Numbered from the stretch's first letter, positions 1-7,317 are shown. The stretch: 10,036 bases of DNA from a virus (IMGVR_UViG_2609459830_000016); one strand, 5' to 3'. Program-made: numbers and translations. Notes: generated by a model from the sequence alone, not told the origin.

Positions 1-55
1 ACCCGCGAGGTCGCCGCCCCGTAACCTGTCGGATCGCCGGAAAGGACCCGCAAAA

Positions 56-70
56 TGATAATAATTATCA
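56..70. promoter_or_regulatory. Candidate Fur box: perfect 7-1-7 inverted repeat TGATAAT-A-ATTATCA
   Basis: Bases 56-70 read tgataataattatca, and the two 7-nt arms are exact reverse complements around a central A. This matches the 7-1-7 Fur operator model from memory. The regulated gene is not identified; the 64-aa ORF starts about 150 bp downstream and a leftward partial reading frame is also open. Confidence 0.45.
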
Positions 71-218
71 TCTACATGTCACAACGTGCATCTACGCCAT
101 CAAACCACGTCAAATAATCAATTATGACGCAGGTATCGTATTAATTGATCTGCGTCAACTTAACGTAAAAACAACTTCAGACAATACAAATCAGCGACAC
201 TGAATACGGGGCAACCTC

Positions 219-413
219 ATGTCAACGAAGAACAGAACCCGCAGAACAACAACCCGCAACATCCGCTTTCCTAACCAAATGATTGAACAAATTAACATCG
301 CTCTTGAGCAAAAAGGGTCTGGGAATTTCTCAGCCTGGGTCATTGAAGCCTGCCGTCGGAGACTAACGTCAGAAAAGAGAGCATATACATCAATCCAAAG
401 TGATGATGGATGA
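219..413 (+). CDS. Small basic protein (64 aa), possibly ribbon-helix-helix-like DNA binding; prophage accessory ORF
   Basis: ATG at 219 is preceded by GGGG about 9-12 nt upstream. The N-terminus is Arg/Thr-rich, followed by a predicted strand (RNIRFP) and helix pattern typical of small DNA-binding proteins. It resembles small DLP12-type ORFs near bor from memory, but the family is not verified. Confidence 0.5.
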   Translation: MSTKNRTRRTTTRNIRFPNQMIEQINIALEQKGSGNFSAWVIEACRRRLTSEKRAYTSIQSDDG

Positions 414-772
414 ACATCCCGGTTTCTTCCACCATCGCACCGGAAAAGCGACTATGAGGGTAACCCTGCGTCTGTCAGCACAGTAAAACCCGGTGTGCAT
501 CGTTTTTGATTATTCCCGCACACTCACGCAGAAGGAATTCCCCGTCGGGCTACGGTCATGGTTAATGCGGGAATACGGCGACGATACAGCGCAGCTAAAA
601 GGGTAATGGACAGATAGAGCGGTTTATTTCATTCCACAGGATTCTGAGTGCCCCCCTCCTCCAATAGGCTGAGCATCCACCTATATAGTTTTAATTTTCA
701 TCAATCCATTTAACTATCGTTTAATTGTTGTCACATAGGATTCTGCCGTTTTTAACAATGCAGGATAATAAG

Positions 773-1066
773 ATGAAAAAAATGTTGTTTTCTGCCGCTC
801 TGGCAATGCTTATTACAGGATGTGCTCAACAGACGTTTACTGTTGGAAACAAACCGACAGCAGTAACACCAAAGGAAACCATCACCCATCACTTCTTCGT
901 TTCGGGAATTGGACAGGAGAAAACTGTTGATGCAGCCAAAATTTGTGGCGGCGCAGAAAATGTTGTTAAAACAGAAACCCAGCAAACATTCGTAAATGGA
1001 TTGCTCGGTTTTATTACTTTAGGCATTTATACTCCGCTGGAAGCGCGTGTGTATTGCTCACAATAA
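773..1066 (+). CDS. bor: Bor outer-membrane lipoprotein (lambda Bor family, serum-resistance lysogenic conversion factor)
   Basis: The ORF track gives 725-1066 from a TTG, but the likely start is the internal ATG at 773 with AGGA 8 nt upstream. The product begins MKKMLFSAALAMLITGC, a lipoprotein signal with lipobox, and is 97 aa. It closely matches lambda Bor as recalled, and it is convergent with Rz as in lambda. Confidence 0.9.
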   Translation: MKKMLFSAALAMLITGCAQQTFTVGNKPTAVTPKETITHHFFVSGIGQEKTVDAAKICGGAENVVKTETQQTFVNGLLGFITLGIYTPLEARVYCSQ

Positions 1067-1076
1067 TTGCATGAGT

Positions 1077-1094
1077 TGCCCATCGATATGGGCA
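1077..1094. terminator. 18-bp perfect palindrome between convergent bor and Rz (candidate bidirectional terminator or protein-binding site)
   Basis: tgcccat-cgat-atgggca is a 7-bp stem with a 4-nt loop, lying between the bor stop (1066) and the Rz stop (1098). No strong U-tract follows on either strand, so a terminator function is uncertain. Confidence 0.35.
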
Positions 1095-1097
1095 GCT

Positions 1098-1559
1098 CTA
1101 TCTGCACTGCTCATTAATATACGTCTGGGTTCCTTCCAGTTGTTTTTGCATAGTGATCAGCCTCTCTCTGAGGGTGAAATAATCCCGTTCAGCGGTGTCT
1201 GCCAGTCGGGGGGAGGCTGCATTATCCACGCCGGAGGCGGTGGTGGCTTCACGCACTGACTGACAGACTGCTTTGATGTGCAACCGACGACGACCAGCGG
1301 CAACATCATCACGCAGAGCATCATTTTCAGCTTTCGCATCAGCTAACTCCTTCGTGTATTTTGCATCGAGCGCAGCAACATCACGCTGACGCATCTGCAT
1401 GTCAGTAATTGCCGCGTTCGCCAGCTTCAGTTCTCTGGCATTTTTGTCGCGCTGGGCTTTGTAGGTAATGGCGTTATCACGGTAATGATTAACAGCCCAT
1501 GACAGGCAGACGATGATGCAGATAACCAGAGCGGAGATAATCGCGGTTACTCTGTTCAT
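1098..1559 (-). CDS. Rz: Rz i-spanin (inner-membrane spanin subunit)
   Basis: Start ATG at 1559 overlaps the endolysin TGA stop (ATGA overlap); the track ORF is 4 codons longer. The product has an N-terminal transmembrane helix ([18 protein letters not shown]) followed by a charged, Ala-rich coiled-coil-like periplasmic domain. It sits in the Rz position after the endolysin. Confidence 0.85.
   Translation of the reverse strand: MNRVTAIISALVICIIVCLSWAVNHYRDNAITYKAQRDKNARELKLANAAITDMQMRQRDVAALDAKYTKELADAKAENDALRDDVAAGRRRLHIKAVCQSVREATTASGVDNAASPRLADTAERDYFTLRERLITMQKQLEGTQTYINEQCR
1157..1339 (-). CDS. Rz1: Rz1 o-spanin lipoprotein, embedded in Rz in a different frame
   Basis: A 60-aa ORF lies wholly inside Rz. 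It has a lipoprotein signal with lipobox VVGC and a proline-rich mature part (PPPPPAW, QPPPDW). This is the classic embedded Rz/Rz1 architecture. Confidence 0.8.
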   Translation of the reverse strand: MRKLKMMLCVMMLPLVVVGCTSKQSVSQCVKPPPPPAWIMQPPPDWQTPLNGIISPSERG

Positions 1560-2053
1560 TGCTGACCCCACAAACAGATTTCACGCTCAATCTCACGACG
1601 AGTCATGAGACCTTTCCATTGCTTACCGCCAGCATATGTCCAGCGACGTAGCTGATCACATGCGCCTTTGATATCGCCCTGGTTTATTTTGCGAAGAAGC
1701 GTCGATGTTCTGAAATTGCCAGCACCCACGTTGTAAACGAATGAGTAAAGAGCGCCGCGCGTTGTTTCCGGTATATCGACTTCGATGTACGGGTTAATTT
1801 GTCTGGCGACAGTGGCAAGGTCTTTATTCAAGAGTGCTTTGCATTCTGCTTTGGTATACGTTTTACCGAGCATGATGTCTTTTCCTGTATGCCCGTGACA
1901 TACAGTCCATACACCAACAATATCTTTGTATGGTATGTAGCTGACACCTTCCAGACCATCGTTACCACTTGGGCCAGTGATTAACACTGATGCTATAGCA
2001 ATTGCTCCGCCACCAATAGCAGCAGCAACGGCTTTTCGTAATGATGGAGGCAT
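1556..2053 (-). CDS. R: SAR endolysin (signal-anchor-release lysozyme, T4-lysozyme-like fold, phage 21 R type)
   Basis: The 165-aa product has a Gly/Ala-rich N-terminal SAR domain ([20 protein letters not shown]) and then the E...D...T catalytic region ([24 protein letters not shown]). Its ATG overlaps the holin TAA stop (TAATG). Confidence 0.9.
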   Translation of the reverse strand: MPPSLRKAVAAAIGGGAIAIASVLITGPSGNDGLEGVSYIPYKDIVGVWTVCHGHTGKDIMLGKTYTKAECKALLNKDLATVARQINPYIEVDIPETTRGALYSFVYNVGAGNFRTSTLLRKINQGDIKGACDQLRRWTYAGGKQWKGLMTRREIEREICLWGQQ

Positions 2054-2268
2054 TATTCACCTCTCGCAGCCTTGCGCTTATCTTCTTTAATCTTGAAATA
2101 AAGGTTTGTCAGGTACGTCAGCAGGCCAAATACCAGGCTACCCAGCACACCTATTGCTGCCCACTGTGAGGGCGTGACTTTATCGAGCAGCTGTAAAAAC
2201 CAGTAACCGGCACTACCTGCTGAGGTGCCATAGGCGACACCCGTTGTTAACTTATCCATGGATTTCAT
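2053..2268 (-). CDS. S: Class II pinholin with dual-start motif (antiholin from M1, holin from M4), phage 21 S type
   Basis: Start ATG at 2268 has GAGGTG 6-7 nt upstream, and a second ATG lies at 2259 (MKSMDK). The product is 71 aa with two transmembrane segments and a charged C-terminus ([13 protein letters not shown]). The track ORF from 2313 is an upstream extension without an RBS. Confidence 0.85.
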
Positions 2269-2403
2269 AACCCCACCTCGCAGACAAAGCGGGTGTAAAT
2301 TGAGGGAATACAACGTATCGCAAAAAAGCAGAAACGTAACAGACTCGGAGTCAGTGAATAACTCAGGTATTGGGTTATCAGCTAATATCGAGACTCAAAA
2401 AAT

Positions 2404-2429
2404 GGAAAAACCCGCTCGACGGCGGGTTT
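2404..2429 (-). terminator. Intrinsic terminator on the minus strand upstream of the lysis cassette (tR'-like position)
   Basis: Minus strand reads aaacccgc-cgtcga-gcgggttt followed by TTTTTCCATTTTTT, a GC stem with U-tract. It lies about 135 nt upstream of the holin start. Confidence 0.5.
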
Positions 2430-2856
2430 AAGCTGTGTGACGAAGTAACCACTCTTAACAGCATAACCAATTTTTTACGTACGTAAACCACTAAATGATA
2501 TTTGCGAGAATGCTACCGAGTATTGAAAACACCACTACAAATACATAAGCAAATCTCAACAAATAACCAACAAATAATTTCCAGCGTTATTTTTAGCCGA
2601 TTTAAATTGAACCTTCAAATTATAGAGCACTTATAAATAACAGCCATTAATATAAATTGGCTAATAGATTTATTTTTATTCAGCCAAGAGCCATGAATAG
2701 GATTCGATAGAAAAAGTTCAGATAAAAATAGAGATCTACTTCACAAATCAAATGAGAAACCAAAACTTACATCTTGAAATAATCACATTGATTAGATGAA
2801 TATTTATCGCGCAGTGACATCATTTTTTAATAATAGTTCAAAAAAAAGGGCTCACG

Positions 2857-3939
2857 ATGAAAAAATTAACAGTGGCAATTTCTGCTGTAGCTGCATCAGT
2901 ACTGATGGCGATGTCTGCTCAGGCAGCTGAAATTTATAATAAAGACAGTAACAAGCTGGATCTGTACGGGAAAGTTAATGCTAAGCACTACTTCTCCTCT
3001 AATGATGCAGATGATGGTGATACTACTTATGCCCGTCTTGGCTTCAAAGGTGAAACCCAAATCAACGATCAACTGACTGGTTTCGGTCAGTGGGAATATG
3101 AATTCAAAGGCAACCGCGCTGAATCTCAAGGTTCCTCCAAAGATAAAACCCGTCTTGCCTTCGCTGGCCTGAAATTCGGTGACTACGGCTCCATCGATTA
3201 TGGCCGTAACTACGGTGTAGCATACGATATTGGTGCATGGACCGACGTTCTGCCAGAATTCGGTGGCGATACCTGGACCCAAACAGATGTATTCATGACT
3301 GGTCGCACCACAGGTGTTGCAACTTATCGTAACAATGACTTCTTTGGTCTGGTTGATGGTCTGAACTTTGCTGCTCAGTATCAGGGTAAAAATGACCGTA
3401 CTGACGTAACTCAAGCTAATGGTGATGGTTTCGGTTTCTCCACTACTTATGAGTATGAAGGTTTCGGCGTAGGTGCAACCTATGCTAAATCTGACCGCAC
3501 TAATAATCAGGTTATCTACGGTAACAACAGCCTGAATGCATCTGGTCAAAATGCTGAAGTATGGGCAGCTGGTCTGAAATATGATGCGAACAACATCTAT
3601 CTGGCTACTACCTATTCTGAAACCCAAAACATGACTGTTTTTGGTAAAAACCATATTGCCAACAAAGCACAAAACTTCGAAGTAGTTGCACAATATCAGT
3701 TCGACTTCGGTCTGCGTCCGTCCGTTGCTTATCTGCAATCTAAAGGGAAAGACTTGGGTGCTTGGGGTGATCAGGACCTGGTTGAATATATTGATGTAGG
3801 TGCAACCTATTACTTCAACAAAAATATGTCCACTTTTGTTGACTACAAAATCAACCTGATTGATAAGAGCGATTTCACGAAAGCATCTGGCGTTGCTACC
3901 GATGATATCGTTGCTGTAGGTATGGTTTACCAGTTCTAA
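2857..3939 (+). CDS. nmpC: Phage-encoded general porin (OmpC/OmpF/PhoE family, NmpC/Lc-like)
   Basis: The 360-aa product has a signal peptide [27 protein letters not shown], aromatic/Gly-rich beta-barrel repeats, and a C-terminal VGMVYQF ending in Phe. An AAGGG RBS sits 6 nt upstream. It lies between Q and the lysis genes in opposite orientation, the known locus of nmpC/lc in DLP12/PA-2-type prophages, and appears intact. Confidence 0.9.
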   Translation: MKKLTVAISAVAASVLMAMSAQAAEIYNKDSNKLDLYGKVNAKHYFSSNDADDGDTTYARLGFKGETQINDQLTGFGQWEYEFKGNRAESQGSSKDKTRLAFAGLKFGDYGSIDYGRNYGVAYDIGAWTDVLPEFGGDTWTQTDVFMTGRTTGVATYRNNDFFGLVDGLNFAAQYQGKNDRTDVTQANGDGFGFSTTYEYEGFGVGATYAKSDRTNNQVIYGNNSLNASGQNAEVWAAGLKYDANNIYLATTYSETQNMTVFGKNHIANKAQNFEVVAQYQFDFGLRPSVAYLQSKGKDLGAWGDQDLVEYIDVGATYYFNKNMSTFVDYKINLIDKSDFTKASGVATDDIVAVGMVYQF

Positions 3940-3954
3940 TTTGATTACTAAAAG

Positions 3955-3987
3955 ATATGTTGGGGAGGCTTTGCCTCCCCAACATAT
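3955..3987. terminator. Long near-perfect hairpin just downstream of the porin gene (14-bp stem)
   Basis: atatgttggggagg-ctttg-cctccccaacatat. There is no clean U-tract on the plus strand, but CTTTTAG follows on the minus strand, so it could act in either direction. Two further 8-bp hairpins follow at about 3989-4010 and 4013-4036. Confidence 0.4.
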
Positions 3988-4075
3988 AAGTGGCTCCCTC
4001 AAGCCACTTCCTTTAGAAGCACAACCTTGCTTCTAACTATATAAACCTTCTGTTATATATTACCCTTTATTTTTG

Positions 4076-4100
4076 GGGGCGTTTCAACGCCCCATTTTTA
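4076..4100 (+). terminator. Intrinsic terminator (GC stem plus T-tract) on the plus strand
   Basis: ggggcgt-ttca-acgcccc followed by ATTTTTAATAATTTTT; a likely porin transcript terminator. Confidence 0.45.
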
Positions 4101-4126
4101 ATAATTTTTAGTAAACAATTGGCATA

Positions 4127-4510
4127 TTAATTAGAGTTATTAACAACGATATCCATCTCTAACCGGATATCTAATGCCATTAACATCCCTTCAATTATGC
4201 CCTCAGCCTTCTGTAACCTTTTCCCGATATAACCATCAGAGCAGCAATGCTTACCTGCCAGTGACATGAATGTCATACCGACTACATAATAATCTACTAA
4301 TAAATCGTGCAAATCGCTGTTGTTCTTTTTCAGACGGGCCATGCACCCGCAAATGATCATCGCGTCATCGTCACAACATTGCGGGCGAGATTTTACTTTT
4401 GAAGTAATTAATCCCTTAAAACCGGCGGCAATGGACGACCAGGTCACATCTTCATGATTATTAGCCGCCCACGCTCCCCAACGCTCAAGAACCATCTGAA
4501 TATCACGCAT
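4127..4510 (-). CDS. Q: Late-gene antiterminator Q (phage 21/82/QuuD-like family)
   Basis: Start ATG at 4510 has GGAG 7 nt upstream; the track start at 4525 is a TTG. The 127-aa product carries a Cys-rich putative zinc-binding region ([18 protein letters not shown] ... KHCC) and matches the DLP12 Q-like antiterminator from memory. It sits in the Q position downstream of the nin region. Confidence 0.85.
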   Translation of the reverse strand: MRDIQMVLERWGAWAANNHEDVTWSSIAAGFKGLITSKVKSRPQCCDDDAMIICGCMARLKKNNSDLHDLLVDYYVVGMTFMSLAGKHCCSDGYIGKRLQKAEGIIEGMLMALDIRLEMDIVVNNSN

Positions 4511-4595
4511 CAACTTACTCCACAAAAATCAGACCAGAACGCCAATTACAAGCAAAAATCAACGAAACAGTATTAGTTGATTGTTATCTCTGACT

Positions 4596-4736
4596 TCATA
4601 CTCCTGCTCCTGTCAGGGTTTTGGCGTAATTCTTCAGTATTCGGTAATCGGTCAAAACAGAACCGGGGAAACGATATAAGCGCAGACGCCCCCAGCGGTG
4701 GCGAAGACGTTCTGCCATATAAAACTCAAACATCAT
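4596..4736 (-). CDS. Small nin-region ORF (46 aa, YlcG-like position between rusA and Q)
   Basis: Hand translation gives [46 protein letters not shown]. Its ATG overlaps the rusA TGA stop (ATGA). It is below the ORF-track size cutoff; synteny matches DLP12 rusA-ylcG-quuD as recalled. Confidence 0.5.
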   Translation of the reverse strand: MMFEFYMAERLRHRWGRLRLYRFPGSVLTDYRILKNYAKTLTGAGV

Positions 4737-5095
4737 TCATTCCCCATTTCGGTGATGGTCAGTTCCAGCCTCCCACCTTTGGTAACAGGCATCTTCACAA
4801 CGCGGTAATCAACGACCTGAGCATCATCCAGCCAGAAACCTGCTTTAGTGAGTGCGTCAAAAGCGGCTTTTTGCAGATTATCCAGGTCACGGCGACGGCG
4901 ATCCGGCATGTGGCACTCAATGCGGATTTTCACAGGCATAGCCAAGCCGATATCCAGCATTGCGTTTTTAATGATTCGGGCGACGTTATCGCGGTATGCC
5001 TGCCCCTCTGCGCTGACGTGCGTGCGCCCGCGATTATGGCGGTAATAGCGATTATTGCTCGGAGGCCAGGGTAATGTGATGCTGTAGGTATTCAC
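4733..5095 (-). CDS. rusA: RusA Holliday-junction resolvase
   Basis: 120 aa from a GTG at 5095 ([35 protein letters not shown]...), matching E. coli RusA as recalled. The GTG start overlaps the ybcO-like TGA stop (GTGA). The track ORF from 5158 is an upstream extension. Confidence 0.9.
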   Translation of the reverse strand: MNTYSITLPWPPSNNRYYRHNRGRTHVSAEGQAYRDNVARIIKNAMLDIGLAMPVKIRIECHMPDRRRRDLDNLQKAAFDALTKAGFWLDDAQVVDYRVVKMPVTKGGRLELTITEMGNE

Positions 5096-5382
5096 GCCTT
5101 GATTACCCCCTCTTTCAGCCAGATAACCTGCGTTCTCGCCATACCTTCCAGCGCGCATTCTTTTGCGTACTCAGCATCGACAAAATGCGTGCGGCGGTCG
5201 ATTTCGTCGTGACAGGCAGAACAGGCAATGGTGGCAATAAGGTCTGGCGGTTTAATACCGGTGCCACACAGTCCAGCCAGCCGGATATGTGCCAGTACAG
5301 ACGTTTCAGGGTTGCCATTGCATACGCCAGGGATTCTTACCTGGCATTCGCGACCACGCGCTGCTTTTCTCAAATCAGCCAT
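5092..5382 (-). CDS. ybcO: YbcO-like nin-region protein (Cys/His-rich, DUF1364-like putative nuclease)
   Basis: 96 aa from the ATG at 5382, with a strong AAGGAGGA RBS. The product has a Cys-rich motif ([11 protein letters not shown]...CSACHDEID) and sits between ninE and rusA as in DLP12. Confidence 0.8.
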   Translation of the reverse strand: MADLRKAARGRECQVRIPGVCNGNPETSVLAHIRLAGLCGTGIKPPDLIATIACSACHDEIDRRTHFVDAEYAKECALEGMARTQVIWLKEGVIKA

Positions 5383-5545
5383 GATTCCTCCTTGCTGCCA
5401 GTCGCAACCATTTTTTATCAACCAGGCTGGCGGTATATCCGAGCCGTGTTGGTATTTCGGATGGTTTTAGCTCAGGCTTACGCTTACGACGATTTGGTAC
5501 TCTGTAGATGTGTCCGTTCATGACACGAATAAGCGGTGTAGCCAT
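5375..5545 (-). CDS. ninE: NinE-like small protein (56 aa)
   Basis: Hand translation gives [56 protein letters not shown]. Its ATG overlaps the ybcN-like TAA stop (TAATG) and its stop overlaps the ybcO-like start. It is below the ORF-track cutoff. Confidence 0.7.
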   Translation of the reverse strand: MATPLIRVMNGHIYRVPNRRKRKPELKPSEIPTRLGYTASLVDKKWLRLAARRNHG

Positions 5546-6000
5546 TACGCCTCCTGCTTGTCGCGCAGCAGCTGGAACTCGCAGCTCTGCGGAATAGTCA
5601 GGTGGCAGCCAATATTCATCGCCCAGGCTTCAACCTTACACAGGAAGACATACATCTCTCCGGTATCAAGATCGGAGGTATGGCGTAACGACTGGATAGT
5701 AGTGATTTCGCCGGTTACGACATCAACCAGGTCCTTGGTTTCATAACCGAGGTATGTGTGTTTGAGAGCATCTTTTACCCATGCTGCGGTAGCGAACGAT
5801 TTCCCCCTGCGGATAAGGTATTCACTGATTTCGCTGTACCACATGTGGCTAAGTGCATTCTGGGAAAGACTGCGTCTCTCGCGCCACGGTTTAAGCACCA
5901 TGCGAAAGCACTTGCCGTCTTCCAAATAAGGCTGGAGCTGCTGACCGATAGCGGTGAAGTTACCGCGATGCAGTTTGATGCCGTCTTGTGGGAGGTTCAC
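5545..6000 (-). CDS. ybcN: YbcN-like nin-region protein (DUF1367 family)
   Basis: 151 aa from a GTG at 6000 with a GGAGGTG RBS 4-5 nt upstream. It matches DLP12 YbcN as recalled and is the first gene of the nin block. Confidence 0.8.
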   Translation of the reverse strand: MNLPQDGIKLHRGNFTAIGQQLQPYLEDGKCFRMVLKPWRERRSLSQNALSHMWYSEISEYLIRRGKSFATAAWVKDALKHTYLGYETKDLVDVVTGEITTIQSLRHTSDLDTGEMYVFLCKVEAWAMNIGCHLTIPQSCEFQLLRDKQEA

Positions 6001-6035
6001 GCTTCACCTCCGCAGAGGTCAAACGCTGGATAAAG

Positions 6036-6128
6036 AAAATCGCAGGTGCATTTCTGCATCTGTGACGGGAGAAGATAGTTTAGATTGTATGTGCGCATAA
6101 ACGTCCCCGTTTAGCGCAGAAGTCACCG
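6036..6128. repeat. Direct repeat copy A (~93 bp, about 95% identical to 8357-8450)
   Basis: By eye the alignment to copy B shows about 5 mismatches in 93 bp. This copy sits immediately upstream of ybcN. It contains an imperfect stem-loop (gcgcataaacg-tccc-cgtttagcgc) that is identical in copy B. Confidence 0.8.
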
Positions 6129-6151
6129 GAGGAGTTCAAACTCCGGTGACT
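6121..6151. other. Perfect 11-bp stem / 9-nt loop hairpin at the inner boundary of repeat copy A
   Basis: agtcaccggag-gagttcaaa-ctccggtgact. The left arm is the last part of the repeat and the right arm is unique. No U-tract follows on either strand, so it is not a canonical intrinsic terminator. Confidence 0.5.
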
Positions 6152-6221
6152 TAATTATGACAAGTTGATTATTGAAAATCAAAAGTCATTTAAACAATAA
6201 TGATACCCAGCAAGAGATTTC

Positions 6222-6623
6222 TTATTTTAACTCATAGATCAGACAGTCAACGATTTCTAAACCATTTACCATAGAATTAGAAACGCGAACTTTACCATCG
6301 TTGACTCTAGCAAATCCTTTTAACATTTTATAAACAAAAGCTGAATCCCCCTTAGCCTCAATTGCTTCTAATGGTATCGGCTTATACTTTTTTGATATGC
6401 TATTTCTATTTATCTCACTGATTTTTCTATATATTTCTGCCGGCCCACGTTCTGAGAAGTCACTGATAACTAAAATATATCTCCAAGATAGATCTGGGTA
6501 ATAAAACCACATTGCAGCATCAATAGTTAAATTCTGTAACTTGAGTTTTTTTAACAAAAATTGACCTGAGAATTCCATATCTTTTGTCAACTCTCTGCCG
6601 ATTACCAGTGTGCTTTTACCCAT
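6222..6623 (-). CDS. Hypothetical protein (133 aa), downstream partner of the HEPN-like gene; low-GC accessory gene of unknown family
   Basis: ATG at 6623 with GGAG 7 nt upstream, lying inside the 3' end of the upstream gene (22-nt overlap). The DNA is AT-rich. No recognisable catalytic motif was found, including no canonical GS...DxD nucleotidyltransferase signature. Confidence 0.6.
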   Translation of the reverse strand: MGKSTLVIGRELTKDMEFSGQFLLKKLKLQNLTIDAAMWFYYPDLSWRYILVISDFSERGPAEIYRKISEINRNSISKKYKPIPLEAIEAKGDSAFVYKMLKGFARVNDGKVRVSNSMVNGLEIVDCLIYELK

Positions 6624-7018
6624 TTCAAAACTCCAGAATTTTGGTCACCTACAGCATCAAACAATTGTTCGGCCATAGCTTTACTTATGTTATTGTCGTA
6701 TCTAAATTGCTCGCTCCAGTCTTTAACGACCGACCAGTTAATCTCCAACGAAACATCATTTTTTGCGTCAGCAATCAAAATTTGATGTAAGTTGGCAATT
6801 TTGAGAAGTTGCGACAAATCATGAGTATATGAATCATTTACGACTTTTTTGTTTGGAAACTCATGTTGTAAAAATGACTTGGCAATACAGGCCTTCAATG
6901 CACATTCAACTGCATACCCACAAAGATAATATGCACCATGAAAAAAGCCATGATCAAGCAAGCATTTGGCCTCATTAAGCCTAGTGTCAGATAATGCTTC
7001 AAGGTCGTTTTTATTCAT
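6602..7018 (-). CDS. HEPN-like domain protein (138 aa), low-GC accessory gene
   Basis: The sequence pattern (LLDHGFFHGAYYLCGYAVECALKACIAKSF ... NDSYTHDLSQLLKIANL) resembles the HEPN helical-bundle signature as recalled. The canonical Rx4-6H RNase motif is not obviously present. A perfect TATAAT (minus strand, 7052-7057) lies upstream as a possible own promoter. Confidence 0.65.
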   Translation of the reverse strand: MNKNDLEALSDTRLNEAKCLLDHGFFHGAYYLCGYAVECALKACIAKSFLQHEFPNKKVVNDSYTHDLSQLLKIANLHQILIADAKNDVSLEINWSVVKDWSEQFRYDNNISKAMAEQLFDAVGDQNSGVLKWVKAHW

Positions 7019-7317
7019 ACAATTATAACTTGAATTATCCTAATTTTTATGATTATACCCTTATCAGGTATGATGTAGGAACTGAAAACAATATTGGATA
7101 TCATTTTCGGTATTTCTCTGCAAATTCCAGCCCACAGGATCTCGGTGTACAATCTGTCGCTGATCGCGCAAATTTAGGGTCAATCACTTCATTTTTTGCA
7201 TCAAACCCTCACTAACATCGAACGATTATAGTACAAGTAGTGTTCTTGACTTCTCATTAAACCGTCAGCATTCAATTAATTACAAAATACTAGCGGCATT
7301 TCTCTCCCGCAACTTTA

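Noticed and set aside
1-55. GC-rich first roughly 50 bp, considered as a possible tRNA 3' end, attachment-site core or end of a flanking gene
   Set aside because: No tRNA-like T-arm or CCA structure could be recognised, and open frames run in both directions to the window edge. There is too little sequence to assign.
752-985. 77-aa minus-strand ORF inside bor
   Set aside because: Antisense to the well-supported bor CDS, with no RBS.
1047-1259. 70-aa plus-strand ORF overlapping the Rz 3' end
   Set aside because: Antisense to Rz/Rz1 and Gly-rich with low complexity; likely spurious.
1799-1984. 61-aa plus-strand ORF inside the endolysin gene
   Set aside because: Antisense to a strongly supported CDS.
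2430-2856. Specific sigma-70 promoter for the porin gene, or a late promoter, in the AT-rich upstream region
   Set aside because: Several partial -35/-10 matches exist (for example GTGACA at 2814-2819), but none has consensus spacing. A confident call is not possible by eye.
2896-4002. 368-aa open reading frame on the minus strand spanning the whole porin gene
   Set aside because: It is exactly antisense to a strongly supported porin CDS and has no RBS. Its composition (I/V/T/F-rich, low complexity) is typical of a stop-free frame opposite a highly expressed gene, so it is treated as a reading-frame artefact.
4577-5523. Plus-strand ORFs (4577-5074, 4848-5045, 5185-5523, 5228-5470) and minus-strand ORF 5115-5318 in the nin region
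   Set aside because: All are antisense to, or out of frame with, the rusA / ybcO-like / ninE / small-ORF chain, which is supported by recognisable products and coupled starts. None has RBS support.
5510-6033. Plus-strand ORFs 5510-5746 and 5758-6033
   Set aside because: Antisense to the ybcN-like CDS.
6584-7215. Plus-strand ORFs 6584-6790 and 6994-7215
   Set aside because: Antisense to or flanking the HEPN-like gene in AT-rich sequence. They have no RBS and low-complexity products.
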